From the human T2T-CHM13v2.0 reference genome, Homo sapiens: a stretch of 64,000 nucleotides of DNA. Under the pieces are notes generated by a model that saw only the letters and a list, made by a program, of their open reading frames with translations, had not been told where the DNA came from and searched no databases. The stretch lies in NCBI RefSeq assembly GCF_009914755.1, contig NC_060934.1; one strand, written 5' to 3'. The position numbers and the translations under genes were made by a program. The first letter of the stretch is position 1. The number at the start of each line of letters is the position of its first letter. Shown piece after piece: positions 44,977-63,000 of the stretch.

Positions 44977-46585
44977 TACCGGCCACCTTTAATGTATTGG
45001 AACCTTTACCACCTAGAAAAAAAACACCTTCCTTTTGAAAAAAACATTAGAATGCAAAATAAAAATTTTCAAGGAAATCATTGTTCACAGAAGCTTAAGA
45101 AAAACAAATGTTCCCCTCCTCAGGGCTCACTTATTTTAAGTCACTCCATATTTGGAGATAATTAGGATTTCCTTCCAACCCAGAAAAAAAGAAATCGTTG
45201 TGCTCTTTTAACTATTAGTTTAAAAATAAAACAGCAGAAGCATGATATTAAAAGACTTCACTTCAAAAACAGAATGTTTTTCATTATTTTAATAATCTAC
45301 TCATTTTTCACCTATGCATTATTTTAAAAAAACACATCTGCACAATCCCAATCTAAAACATCACAGATACAGTGTTTCGTATTACATATGCCCTTCACTT
45401 TCAAGCACGAGCAAGAACTCCACTTACGCAGGTCATTTTAATGCCATAAGTAGTAGAGACATTCTCTCATATTCACCCAGCTCTCCTGAGTCCAGTTACA
45501 AAAATACACTAATTCTGTAAATGCAAAATGTATGCAAAAAAAGAGTAACCCAAAGCAACCGAAATGATCAATGAAACCTCATATGAATTATAGGACACAT
45601 TGCTTGGCTATGCATAGTTGGATATGAAAGTTCAAAGTCACAAAATTTTGCACATCCGTATGTCAAAGGGGTAAGAAGAAAATGCTCATATCCCGAAGCA
45701 GTGCCCTGTTCAGCCCCTCCAGGAAGCAGGGTGGGATGCAGCAAGCCCAGCCACCAGCATCACCAGCTCTACCTGTGGACTCAGTCAATTTTAACCAACA
45801 TGACTGCTCAACCAATCCATCACAACAACTTAAAGTCATATACAACATACAGAGTCACTTCTTTACCCACTGAGTCCATCCACTCACTCAAATGAACACA
45901 AATAACAGATTCTAACAGGCCACCTCAGGGTCAAAGAGCCTAGGAGTTCACTGACCCCACCTTTGATTCCAATTGCAACAGCCCTTGGGCTGGAGGTTTA
46001 TGGAGAGGGCTGAGAAACTGCCCCAAGCAGAAAGCCTCCTGCACCCCGACTCCTGCCTGGGACCAAAACTAAGCGAGAAGAATCCAGGCAGGGGCAATAA
46101 CGGGGTGTCGGCAGAGGCAGAAGGTTTCCCCAGCAATTAAGCATAGGTTCCAGCTCAGGCTGCGGTTAGGCCAGGACGTAAGGGCAGCGTGTGATGGGCA
46201 CTGGGGGTGGCCATGGGGAAGGAGAGAGGAGCAAAGCCTGTGTTCCCCAAAGGTTCTCTTAAAGCAGAGCATTGGATGACACCACAGGTAGGAGGAACTG
46301 TGACCTCACAGGAGAAGCCACCAGGATTAGTCAATGCATTTTGCAGAGACAAAAAAAATCTCATAGACTGGAGTAGCAACACAGTGTTACTGTCACTGCC
46401 AAAGGTTGTCTGTCTTGACCCTACACAAAAAAGTACTACCCAAGACTTGAGGTAAAAGGAAGATTCCACATAATAGTGTATGTCCAAAATTGTGTTTTAG
46501 GCAGTAGCATCTCTAAAAAGACCTCTAATCCTATTTCCCACTCAGTGCTTCAAAAAATAAATCTAACTTCAAAAAAAATCATCAT

Positions 46586-46863
46586 TTATTATAGAGACAG
46601 AGTCTCACTCTGTCACCCAAGCTGGAGTACAGTGGTAAATCACAGCACTGCAGCCTCAAACTTAGGGCTGTAGCAATCCTCCTGCCTCAGCCTCCCTAGT
46701 AGCTAGGACTACAGGCATGGGCCACCATACTTGGCTAAATTTTTTTATCTTTATGTAGAGATGCTATGTCATCCAGGCTGGAGTTAAACTATGGCCTCAA
46801 GTGATCCTCCCACATCAGCCTCCCAAAGGCTGGGATTACAGCAGACAGCCACCACACCCAGCC
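46586..46863 (-). mobile_element. AluJ
   Basis: Diverged antisense dimer. Confidence 0.9.
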
Positions 46864-46888
46864 TACAAATAATTTAAATCTAAATTTA

Positions 46889-47193
<305 letters not shown>

Positions 47194-47324
47194 TCTAAAT
47201 TTACTCTTCCAGAATCTAATTTTTAACTACTGCCTATGACCATGACTAATTTTAAGTTTGAAGAGACCTTTAATAAACGGACTGAAAAAAACACTTAAAA
47301 TATCAAAATTACTATCAAAATACA

Positions 47325-47388
47325 TTGGTACAAAAGTAATTACGGTTTTTGCATTTAAAACTGTAATTACTTTTGCACCAACCTAATA
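47325..47388. mobile_element. MADE1 (Hsmar1-derived MITE), internally shortened
   Basis: ttggtacaaaagtaattacggttttt...aaaactgtaattacttttgcaccaacctaata is the mariner TIR palindrome. Confidence 0.92.
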
Positions 47389-49427
47389 TAACAGTAACAC
47401 CAACTGAAACTACGTCAATGCCAACTTGAAGTGACTTCGTCCTTAGATGAAGCAGCCACTTCAAATACTCAAATGCCCTATAAAATGATGCCACATAATG
47501 AACTAAACAACGTACTATGTGATTGTACTTAAGGACAGGCACATCCTGTGTGACATCCTGGCAGAGACTTAGCAGAACGGAGGTTAATCGCCATCGATCC
47601 ACCAAGCCTGGGAAATAGTCTCCTCCATGGTCAGCAGCCAGGTTCAGAGTGGTGGAAATCACTGGAAATGACTACCTGAGTGCTGTGGTGGTTGCCAAAC
47701 ACAATTCCTAGGTCAGAACCATGGAAAGGGCTGGTTAAAGGAAGGCTTCCTCCCCAGTCTCTGAATCTGAGTGCACAGAGCAGAACCCAAGAAGCCACAC
47801 AAAAATATGTCCTGGGTACTGTGATTGCCAGCAATGTTTTAGATTCAGAGAAGTTAAGGCCTTTGAAAGTCTTTTATTAATAACAAACAATAGAAATTGC
47901 ATGACCAAGTGGAGGAATAACTGTAAAATTAGGGTATGGGATAAATAAATGGCAAATTCTCAGCAAAACCACACAGAGGGAAAAGGGGATAAACAGATGA
48001 GAAAACTGTCTTGCTCAGCACAGCACATGCAAGGTACTGGCATGTTGGGTTCTCATGGAACATGCTAAGGAGAGCAAATCACAACTAAAGACAACTCGGG
48101 ATGAAAACAGAAGCACAAAACAAAAAGCAAGCGTGAGATACAAAAGCTTACATGAATCGAATGTTGGGGTTTTAGGAGAATGGTTTGGGTTTTTATTTTA
48201 TTAACCCCCTTGGATCAAATTAGCTCAACACATAAATAAGCAATGTTTTTGTTCAAAAGAGGTCTAAGACACTTAACCCAACCTTACAACACTAAAAAGG
48301 ATGCTTTGGAATTCTGCTGAGCAGATCCAGTGGCTGGCATCTTGAGGCTCTGATAAGGTAAATACTACAACCGCCTACTGCTGTTTTATGAATTTTACTG
48401 CTAGACTAGTGATGCATTTAATGCACAAATGCCAGCAATTCCAGGCCAGGATACAAAAATTTACTGTGGATGTGCTTTAAGTTAATGTTGATTCCAACAG
48501 TTTACATTCCATCAGCTATTCCAGTGCCAATTAGCACCTTAAAAATTGTGTGTAAATAATTGAAAAACATGTTAGCAATTAAAAGGAGGAAATAATTCCA
48601 CATTAAAATCAGGAAGAGACTTTAGGTTAAATGCTAAAAGGCAACTGTATTCTCAAAACATCAGGTTTTCACAGCACAATGCAAAATGTTATATGCACTC
48701 TAAAACAAAAATGTAACATGTAGATCCTGTTTAAAATTCAGTAAATGCCAATTATTATTTACTGCTTTCAAAGCTAATAGGTTCTCTAATTGAATATAAG
48801 GTTTTAAACTTTGTGCATCATTAACTTATATTCCATGTTAGTAATGAAGTGTTGACAAATGCTTTCAATGTATTAAGAATGTGAAAGATTCTGAATGAGG
48901 GTAGCTTAAGATCTTTCTTTGTACCAACTTTTAATGAAGGCCTTTTTTAAACAACAGGAAAAGTTAAAATGTCTAGCACATGGTTTTAATACAAGCTTTA
49001 TTCTTAAGTAATTTAAAAGGGAGGATATAGATTTCTCATAACTCAAAGACTTTAAACTCTATGGAAAATAAATCTAGCAGTTACAAATAAGTAATAGAAA
49101 TACAAAGAAACTTAATACTAGTTACAATTAAGGCCAATGACAACTCAGCGGCCTTTCGTTAGGAATCGAAATCTCACAGTATTGGTGCTCATTTTTTAAA
49201 AAATTATCAAGCTTTAAAATTGGAAAAAAAATTATTAAGATGAGGAATGGATATATTTACATTAAAATCAAATCAACTTTTCACAATGAGACAAACAGCC
49301 AAAGGCATTCATTCATGAAGAAATACCTAGACATCGAATACTAAAATACTGAGATGACAGAGTCTAGCATTTCAGAATCTATTACTTAATCAAGGGTAAG
49401 CAGATATAGTCTTTTAGGTACAGAAAT

Positions 49428-49757
49428 TCAAGGGGATGGAGGGATGAATGCACAGAACACAGAGGATTTTAGGACAGTGAAACTATATTGTCTGATACTG
49501 TAATGGGGTCATTATAAATTTGTCCAAACCCATTGAATGTACAACACCAAAAGTGAACCCTCACGTCAGTTATGGACTCTGGGTGATGATGATGTGTCCA
49601 TGTAGGTTCATCAACTGTAACAAATGTTCCACTGTGGTGGGGGATGTTGTTAATGAGGAGGCTATGCAAGTTTGTGGGGGAAAGGGATATAAGGACATTT
49701 CTGTACCTTGCACTCAATTCTTCTGTAAACCTAACATTGCTCTAAAAAATAAAGTCC
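49428..49757 (+). mobile_element. L1MC1/2-like 3' end
   Basis: tttgtccaaacccattgaatgtacaacaccaa...gtaggttcatcaactgtaacaaatg...ctgtaaacctaa...ctctaaaaaataaagtc. Confidence 0.88.
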
Positions 49758-50169
49758 TTTTTTTTAAGGCCCTTTGAATGTTACCTTTAAACACATGAAC
49801 TACGATCCCATTCCATCTCAACAGAATGATACAATCACTTTTTACTTGAAAATGATGGGAAGTTTTTCTTCTGTTTTGGAATTCACTTAGAATACAAAAT
49901 CTTTTATACTGCCTGCATGGGAAAATGGTCTCCTAGGAAAATTTTATATCATAAATAATTGAGGAACAAAACAAAACAAAAGAAGTACAGGATCACAGAA
50001 TAAGTAATACTTCAACTTTTGCTTTAAATATTAGGAAACATTAAACCAAGCTGGATCATGGGCTGTATGCTTATCTTTTACATCATTATTTAATTGACCT
50101 TATTTTTCTTACACCCTCAATATGTATTAGTCTTTTTTAATCCTATGTATCTTATAAGGTACCAGTTTA

Positions 50170-51145
<976 letters not shown>

Positions 51146-51830
51146 CAATTCCTTTGCTTAAAGAATTCAGATGAGCGTAGTGTTTATTATTTTTTCTGTC
51201 CATGTCTGTTCCAGTCATGAACTTCAAGAGTTACCTAACCCTCTCACATAAAACCACACAAACCGTTTCCTTTCCCCTAGTCCACTCTCCTGTATTGGGC
51301 TATGTTCTACACCCTCATTATGTATAAAGGGATACTCCTGTTCACAGATTTTGTATTGTCATACAAAACCTTTCTAGACACATAGATATACCTGATTCTA
51401 CCCTACTCCCAAGCCAAGCCAGGTGAGATGTCCTGTCCTTTAAATCCTAACAGGTGGTAAAGGAAGGTATAACTGCTGGGGTTATATGTTCTTCCTCAGC
51501 CAATAGCTCAGCAATGTTCAATGGACCCAGGGGTCCACCCTGCAGAGAGGAATGTCAACCATGTAGCTGACTTTCTGCCAGATAATATTGACTCCATGAT
51601 CTCTTTTTCTTTACTCTTGCCAAAGTGGGCTACTCCTCCTGTTAGAATGTGTGCTCATCTCCGAGTATGTTGGTTTTGAGGAGAAAAATAGGTTATAACC
51701 AACCAAGCGACTTGACAAGAGGGAGTGTGCTCTATTCACTTTTGTATCCTCAGTACCCAACACATCATACAGAATATGGTATATGCCTAGAAAATAGTTA
51801 TCAAACAGAATAACTAGAAAATACAAAAGA

Positions 51831-52484
<654 letters not shown>

Positions 52485-53112
52485 CTATTTTTCAATCAAA
52501 AGATGACCACAACTTTGGTGTTGCTGGCTGTATGTGCTAAGTATGGCTCCCCACACTCCTCTACAGAATACACTGAACGTTTCTCACCATGTTCTCACTT
52601 TGCATGTGGACTGCACATCTTTTTGCTAAAAAAAAAAAGTTGAATACGTAATTATATTCCCCATTGCAGCAACCCAAATGAATCTACTACCGCTATTTCA
52701 GAGGTTTATGTATGATCTACTTATTCCAAAACCAATTTGAGTGGATGCTGTTACAAAGTTTTCAGTAGCTACAGTTCTTAATAGGACTTCTGCTTCACTG
52801 TATTAGTCATATGGGATTATAAGCAAGAATCATAAACTATCATATTGCTTTGATCTTCAGAACAATTGATAAAATACTTATCATTCTTGCTACCTCATTT
52901 CCTCAAAGTGTTAAGTCAACCATGATTGGGGAATGAGTTCTATCTCCTTTCTGACAGCCCCCTTGACTCTAATTATACTAAATCTGCAAGAGGCTGAAGC
53001 TATATTATTCCAGAGAAAGTGTGCCTCAGCTTCCATTGCCAAATATCCCCTTCCCAGAAAATGTACACATTTACCTTTACTCCAATTATTAATTACATAA
53101 ATGCACACTGCC

Positions 53113-53443
53113 GGCCTGGTGCGGTGGCTCATGCCTCTAATCCCAGCACTTTGGGAGGCTGAGGTGGGCAGATCACTTGAGGTCAGGAATTCAAGACCAG
53201 CCTGGCCAACATGGTGAAACCCCACAGATCTCAAACCCCGTCTCCACTAAAAATACAAAAATTAGCTGGACTTCGTGGCATACGCCTGTAATGCCAGCTA
53301 CTCAGGAGGCTGAGGCAGAAGAATCACTTTAACCTGGGAGGCGGAGGTTGCAGTGAGCCAAGATTGCGCCACTGCACTCCAGCCTGGGCGACAGAGTGAG
53401 ACCCGGTCTTGTAAGTAAGTAAGTAAGTAAGTAAATAAATAAA
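53113..53443 (+). mobile_element. Alu (S) with internal insertion and (AAGT)n/(AAAT)n tail
   Basis: aaaccccacagatctc-aaaccccgtctc insertion; gtaagtaagtaagt tail. Confidence 0.94.
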
Positions 53444-55952
53444 TGCTGCCTTCAAATCCACACATTTTTCTAGAAGAATCTTCATTAGAATTGAAAACTC
53501 ATTTTTCCCCCCCACAGAATTAGCCTCTAAGGCCTTTTGCACTTTCTGGAGCCCCTATGCCAAAGCACTGTGACTTTCTCATTCACCTGGACTTCCACAA
53601 GTCTCTAACTTAGGCACCATACTCAGCCTTATATCTTAGTTAATTGCGGACGTGTCTCACAAGAGCTCAATTTGATTGAATTGATCTTATTGGCAAAGTA
53701 GTATTTTTCATTGATCCAAGATTCAAAGGCTTGTAGGCTAATTGATACAAAACTGTTGTGATTTTCTAAAACCCATGCCTTCGGTGGAATGTCTTGGCTT
53801 CTTATTTGTAACTGTTAAGTACCTAGAATTAGCCATGCATTTTTAGGCAGGGGTCATAAACAAACACTAGAGAAGTGATCAGAGATGTTTTTCATTTTTC
53901 TCCTAAAAAAAAATGAAAAAAAAAAAAAGAAAAGAAACTACAAGCCACTAGGCCTTTCACAGTATTTCCTAAAGGAGAACCTAAACACTGAGATGTGAAT
54001 TCTACCTGAGTTGCATTAGCAGTCAGAAGAATAGACATGCCAACAAAAGAGAAAACAAGATTGCTACCTTTTTAACATCCCAACACATCAAGATTCTCGA
54101 AGTGAATGCCCACTCATCAATGCCACAATTTCTTCCATAAATCATTATTCCAGAGTTTAATAAATGGAGTTACTCACCCAACAAAGAGACACGCAATAAG
54201 TGATGAAAAGGATGACTCCCAGGACAGCGATATAATTTGACCTTACCTACTTGATGAGAATAGAAGCGACTGTAACAACAAAAACGCACTTCTGAGGCTT
54301 TGGCTGTTACCACTCATCAAAATGGAGAAGGGCACAATGTGTGTTAGTTAAAATGATCCCGGGAGATGAACTGAGATCGTTCACATTATATAGGGCATTT
54401 AAAATGAGTCAGTGAAGAGAGAAGCTTGAGAGTTCTTTTTTTAAGCCAAACATTTTAAAAGTTTGAATTGAAGGCTGAGATGGGACATATAATTATTTAT
54501 CTGCATCATAAAAACCAATAAATCTTATTGCACATACAATTTCAGAATAATTGAAAATATTGGTAAATCTTTGGCTTCCGAGGAAATAGAAATTATTTCT
54601 AAGACTCACAGGAGAAACCATAGCTAACCATAATTCCTAAGGAAGGTATTAAAGCCAAAAACAATTATTTTGTGGGAATTTTCCTTGACCTTCAGCTTCT
54701 AATGTTACTTTACTCTGAATTTTTTTTCAATAGGTTCTATACAGGGGTGCTGGCATATATCAATCATATTTCTCAAACCCAAAACAGCTGTTCAGAACAC
54801 CGCCGTGCAGAAAAAGTTAACGATACCATAGATACTTGTCTAAGCAGACATTTGTATATACATCAATTCTCATTCTAATATTTGACGAGTTCAGGGGGTT
54901 GTTACATGTGAAGGACTTGATGAAAAGAGGACACAAGGCCAATACAGACAATGTCACAAAAAAACAAAACAATCTACTAAGTGAAAACACATTTGTTTTT
55001 TGGTTCTTCTATGAGATGCATTTTCACAATTATTTTACTAAATGTCTGTAATATTAACAACAATTTCTACATTTGAAAGTTAATGTCAACAGATGCAAGA
55101 ATTTTATTTTTAAAATTCCAGAGAGACAAAGCCTTTTCAAGAATGGGAGCCTGTCTCCTGTAATTTGGGGAGATGGGGTGGTTCCGGAACAGCAGAAACC
55201 ATGGCGTGTCCACTGCGTTCATTTTAAGTCTTTTTCTTTTGAGACAATGGTGTTAAATAAATTATGATCACGTTTTCATGAGGTGCAAAGGATAGCTAGG
55301 GGAATAAATGTCAGCACCTCATCTGAATCTGATGAGGTATTTGGAACTCAACATTTCCATGCAAAAATGTCAGAACTGTATTTCAAACTGCTCTCAGACC
55401 TTCCCTCTGGGCATGTGCGCAGGTGAGGACTCCCTCAAACCACTATTTGGGATAAGCTTTTAAAGCAAAAAGAAATCCTGGTGGTAAAAACAGGCAGCCC
55501 TGCTACTCAGCGTCAAGTGTGCAGTTGCTGACATTCTAATCTTGAGAAGGGGAGAAGGGCCCAGGAAATATTATTCTGAATACTCCAAACGTGTGATGCA
55601 AATTATACCGACTCTAATCTTGAGGGGTGTGAGGTGGGAGGAGGAATAAGAAAATCAAGAGGTCTCTGAAATCCTTTGGCCACCATCCCCGAACCTTTTT
55701 CTTCTCCAGGGAATGAAATGACTCCAGCCTTAAAATACATTTTTCATCATGACAATTGTAAAGGTGAAATGATGGGAATCTTATCTTGTTAAAGGTTTAC
55801 CAACTGCTTTGAATTTTTGCTCTCAATCCCAAACCAGTATTTCATTTGTCAGTTCCAGTTTCCATTTATCTTTATACAAAGTCATATTCATTAAAACTGG
55901 GTACAGCAGGAAAGCCATGTTAAAATGTCATTTTCCACAACAGATGTCTTAG

Positions 55953-56616
<664 letters not shown>

Positions 56617-56619
<3 letters not shown>

Positions 56620-56926
56620 TTGTTGGGGGGTGGCTCATGCCTATAATCCCGGCACTTTGGGAGGCTGAGGCGGGCGGATTACCTGAAGTCAGGAGTTTGA
56701 GACCAGCCTGGTCAACATGGTGAAACCCCATCTCTACTAAAAATACAAAAATCAGCTGGGCGTGGTGGCATGTGCCTGTAATCCCTGCTACTCAGGAGGC
56801 TGAGGCAGGAGAATCACTTGAACCAGGGAGTCAGAGGTTGCAGTGAGCCAAGATCACACAACTGCACTCCAGCCTGGCGACAGAGTAAGACTCTGTCTCA
56901 AAAACAAAACAAACAAACAAAAAAAC
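56617..56926 (+). mobile_element. Alu (S), directly tandem with the previous Alu
   Basis: Dimer; the pair is bracketed by aaaactatcaactctc / aaaactgtcagctccc. Confidence 0.94.
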
Positions 56927-57221
56927 TGTCAGCTCCCATCTACCACATTTCCCCACCAAGTGGCATCAGCAGCACCGAGCTCACATGCAGGGTTACTCTA
57001 CAGGCCCAATCTGCTTTTCCATCTTCCAAGCTTCGTGTCAGAAATTTCATGGGACAATTCCCACTTTTATTTTCTTAGTCTATCATTTATATAAATGTTA
57101 AAAACTTTTTTTTAAAACCAAGCAAAACATAGTGTCAACCAAATGATACACCATCATTATCTGGAGAGAGGAGAGGAAGAGAGAAATATGGCCTTTTTAA
57201 CTTATTAAAACTGATTATTTT

Positions 57222-57534
57222 AATTTTTTTTTTTTAATTCTAAGTACAGTGTCTCACTCTGTCACCTGGGCTGGAGTACAGTGGCTCCATCACAGATGCA
57301 GTACAGATCACTGCAGCCTCAAACTCGTGGCCTCAAACCATATTCCCACAACAGCCTCCCAAGTAGCTGGGACTACAGGCATGTGTCACCACGCCTGGCT
57401 AATTTTTATATTTTGTAGTGACAGGTGTCTACCTTTGTTGCCTAGACTGGTCTCAAACTCCCGCCTTTAAGCAATTCTTCAACCTTGATCTCCCAAAGTG
57501 CTGGGATTACAAGCATAAGCCACCCCACCTGACC
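57222..57534 (-). mobile_element. AluJ
   Basis: Diverged antisense dimer. Confidence 0.9.
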
Positions 57535-57792
57535 TTATTTATTGATTTTAAAAAACAAATCCATTTTTCTAATTCCATGAATATCAGTTAACTCTATACT
57601 AACCATAACACTACAATCATTCATTCTTCTACATACAACCATATTTTGTATCATCATTCTTTCAGTTACTCGGATTATAAATGTAATATTTTGAATGTGG
57701 GCAAAAATGAATACTTTTTTTGATTATCTAAAAGCCTGAAAATAAGGTTGAAGTCACAGGCTGAAAAGAAGTATGTACATATCACTGCATAA

Positions 57793-58289
<497 letters not shown>

Positions 58290-58779
58290 ATCCATGTATA
58301 TTTAAAAAGAGCTAATTCATTAGAAAAAATTTTGCTAGTATGACAATATAAAACACCGTGTCTTGTATATATAATCTTTTCATAGATAAAATTCATACCT
58401 GTTTTCAAAAATAACTAAGGTAAATCAGTGTTGATGATAAAATAAGATTAATGGTACATCTAATATCCTGACACTTAATGCAAATAAAAACTTACATGTC
58501 ATAATGGGAAAAGCATAAACCTTTGGAGGATCACATACCTGCTAGCAGTTACTTGTTCTAGCACCTTCGAATACTGACCTTCTCTATGCATGAAATGAAG
58601 TTAATTTCAACCCCAAAGCATTTTTTATGAGAAGTAAAAATGTTACATGTGCATATAAAATTTATGTCTCATAAAATATCAATTAACCATCTCCTGACAG
58701 AGAAGTAGTGTGTCATCCAATGTTAGCCTTTTAATTTATACATGAATATTGTTTATATAAAAAAGTATATGATGCAACA

Positions 58780-59225
58780 AGACAAGGCTGGCTAACTCAC
58801 TATCCATCCAACCTTCCTTCTTCACTAACAGAACCCTGATTTTATCAGGGATCTACTTTTCTCTGGTTGACCAGGTAACTCACAGTAAATTTCATTCCAT
58901 TTCAGGATTTGCTTAGAAAAAGGCAAAAGACACAGGTCTTGCTCACAAGTCATCAGCAATCTTCGGAGGGTTTTGAGGGTAGGTTTCCAGCTCAGGTAGC
59001 TGGAATGTGTGTGATGGAGCTGCTGTAGCCTCTGTGATTCGGAAAAGAGCTAGCGAAGAGGCAGAGAGGAAAGAGAAAGAGTTGGGTCCTTGCTAACATT
59101 ACTGCATTATGCAGTTAATTCACAGTCAACCTATTTTGTGATTATGCAACATACAGATCCTTTATTGTTTAAATCTCTTTCGGATGGATTTTCTGTTACT
59201 TGCATACAAGTTGAATGAGTAGACA
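58780..59225 (+). mobile_element. MLT1J-like LTR
   Basis: ccttcttcactaacagaaccctgatttt...tttattgtttaa...attttctgttacttgca. Confidence 0.7.
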
Positions 59226-59329
59226 CTTAGGATGTTCTTGTTTTGTGAAAATAGTAACCACATTTGATGATCTGTCTACAATTGCAAGCCATTAATATAA
59301 TTTTAATGTATGTATGAAATACAATAATC

Positions 59330-59530
59330 AACACATCTCCAATGTTCATGCAACTCATTTAATTCTTATAACAACTTTACAATGTAGGTACATCTCTTAT
59401 CTTCATTTTAGAGATGGGTAAACTGAGGCCCAGAAAAGCCAAGAAACTTGCCCAAGTGCACAGAACTAATTAACTTCTGGAGCCAAGATCAGGCAGATTG
59501 GCTCTCAAGCCCATACTCACTATGCTGAGC
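59330..59530 (-). mobile_element. MIR
   Basis: ctcatttaattcttataacaac...cattttagagatgggtaaactgaggcccaga...aacttgcccaag. Confidence 0.88.
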
Positions 59531-59724
59531 AATACTGTCTATAAAATGAATAACATTAAAATAACTTTAGACCATCAGTGATATTAATTGCTGGCCAGAA
59601 ATCTAAGATCATCTAGTAGCCAAGTATACTTCATCATGAAAGCTAGTTTAATTATATTAAGACAGTTCTTCGTCTGGTCACTACAGAAGACCAGATGGTC
59701 AGATAAAAGACAAAGGAGCAAGGC

Positions 59725-60029
<305 letters not shown>

Positions 60030-63000
60030 GGGACACTTTTATCTTAACTCTGTAAATAACTTGCTCTTTAACAACTTTGTGTTCCTGGTTCTTAAAATCC
60101 TCGTTTTTAAGAAGTGATTTTGATGCACAGTGTGCCTCACACCATGGCTTGATAAGCTGTTTTATCTTTATGGCATTCACTTTTCAGATGTGGAAAGACA
60201 GTGGCCCCTTCCCTTAAGATCCTGTGGAAATTGACAACACTAATCAGATCACCAGGTTATTTTTGAGGGGAGGAAAGCTTCAAAAAATGTGGAATTCAAA
60301 TGATGGTGATAATTGGCTTTTCATAATTTGTTCCATTTTTCAAATTCAAGGAACAAAAAGTCGTGATTCAACTGATTTTCCATTGTGTCAAAAGGAAAAT
60401 ACACATCTTCATTTTTCAATGATTAAATACAGTCCAGTGAACTGGCACTGATGATCCAACTCAATACATTCCATCGATCCTGGAGCCACCCCAGTGATAA
60501 CACAGGAGGACGGCTGTTCTTACTACATGAGGTCTGGAGCTGAGTCAACAATGTTTTGGGATGGGAATGAGGAATAATGTCCGGCCCTGTTACCACCACA
60601 ACCAACAAATGACATTTTCTATTTTGCAAGAAGTATTGAGCTATTTTGTCTTTCTCAGAGATGGACAAACAGGGGGGCTTGTGTATTCCTGAAAGGGATG
60701 TGAAAACAACAGGAAGCACCTCTGTGGGACATTTCTATACAAGTCATTCAAAGCATCTGCAAAGAGGAAAGCCTTGCAGCCTTTCACAAGCTTAATCTTA
60801 CAGCAAAACACAGATTTTGACTAATTCCAAAAACAGATTAAAACCCTTGAAAATGAGATCACATTCATAACTTGGTCTTTTCTGACCTGCAAGTGCAAAG
60901 ATACCCTGGGGGAAGGCCAGCTGGAGGCTGAGAGGTACAATGACTAAAATGCATGGTAAATACATTATCCCGGAAATGCAGCCTGAACAGCTGACCAAAA
61001 ATGGAAAGAAGGTGGTGCAAAACAAACCAAAATAAAAATTTACCTGTGTATTATCTCCACCCTCCCGCAAAAAAGCAGGTTTTAAATATGTGAGTTTTTT
61101 CTCTTACCTAAATGCACAAGAAATGTGTTCTTTTGCTTTTACAATAGAAAATATTACACAAAAGCCCCATCATAGTCTTATAGAGTTCTATCTAGATACT
61201 GACTAAATAAATTAACCAAAGTTTTTTTTACAATTGGCACCATCCATTCCCACATCAGGCCAAATAAAGCACAAGACACTGATGTGACTGCTGTTGAAGC
61301 CAATATTGCTTAAAGATAAGAATATATCTTTAAGTGTTATTATTAACACTCTTTTTTTGAATGTACTATTTTAAAGAGTAAAAATGACAAGAATATTTCT
61401 AAAATGGTTCAGGTACTTCCAGGATTTTTTTAAGTGTATTTTAAGATAACATTTAACTTCTTTGACTATAGTCACTTCCTCTATAAAGACTTGGAAATAA
61501 AGTATTGACAAGTTAAGAAAGACTGCCACATAGGAAACAAATAACAGGAAATGCACTTTATAGCTGTTAGTATAGTGCACCACTCAAAGAAAACACAAGG
61601 TTAATGAGATCTTGTTGAGCCAACCATTCCTAAAAGGAGGATTGCTAGGTGATGTGCAATAGAGAAAATGATACTGAACAAAGTACTGATATCAACATTT
61701 ATATTTGTATTATGCGATGGACTGATTCTGCATGTGTTCTAAAAATAAATGCTAATCCACTATACAATTTTTTAAAAACAATGTCAAAATAAATGTTCAC
61801 TTCAAAAATAATGGTAAAGAATGGAGACTAACGAGACTATTTTACATTAAAATATTAAAATATATACATATGCATGTGTGCTTAACATACTGTGATTACC
61901 AATATTATAAACATTTAAACCGCCAAGTCATTTCTGAAATAGTTTTAAACCTTAAGAAAAGTTGAGTCCTTTGGCGGCATTTTCTTTTTACACAGGTTTG
62001 ACTTAGCATCAAACAAGTAGTCTAGTCAGATTTACAACCACTCACGGGTTAAATTCATCCACAGCACTTCCTACAAATCCTTAATTAACACAAGGACAGA
62101 GAGATACAAACATCAGTTATGCACTTTGACAATTTAATCTAATTTAAATTTTTCAGTGGCTTTTAAAGTAGTAATGACATTATTCATTTAAACAATAAGA
62201 TAAAAATAGGAAGATCTGAAACCAGCAGCTACAGCTGGACGTGAAGCTATCAATATTGTACCAAGAAGCTTTGCACAATAGATGTGACATGAACAATTTC
62301 AAAATTATCCTCCAGCCATCTGTCCTCAGAATCGTGAGATGTAATTGTTGTAGGCTCTAGCTAGCAAGCATGATTAGTTCACTACGAGGAACGTGTCCTT
62401 GTATCCTATATCCAACAAAAGAGAATCTAGTTTTGTCAATGGGATAATGACTGCTCATGGGCAGGTTAAGGAACAAAACCAACTGTCTTCCATTCACTAG
62501 GCAGCTTTCTTCCTGTGGGGTAATCGAATATTCTGCTCTCTCACCTCTGCCTCCCAGTGTCCATCTGCAACCACCCTGAACCACATTTGAGTCTGTTATC
62601 CACAGTTCTTAGTGAAAAGGGAATGAGTTTTAGGAACAGCCTTCCAAAAATTGCATTTTATGCTGCTGGAATATCACTGACCATAAAGGTAAATCGAAAT
62701 TTACCCTGCTAAAGTTAGTACTACAAGTGTGGTTGAAGTTTGCCACCATAATGATCACAGGTTTATATTCAACAAGTCATACGGTGATGTTTCCATTATT
62801 GGCAAATGAGATATCCTTTAAGAGGACTTAATTCATTAGGATTTTAAATACTTCTGTTTTGAATCAAAATCTTGCTCGTTTTGAAAGTTTCTAGACAACA
62901 AGAAAGAAAACTGGTCTCTTTGACAATTTTACCAAAAAACCGCTACAAATTTTATTTCATGGAATTTATAGAAATAAGATATAAAAATCATAGGGGTTTA

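Noticed and set aside
53411-53435. Repeated GTAAGT 5' splice-site motifs
   Set aside because: (AAGT)n Alu tail on the strand opposite to PARD3 transcription.
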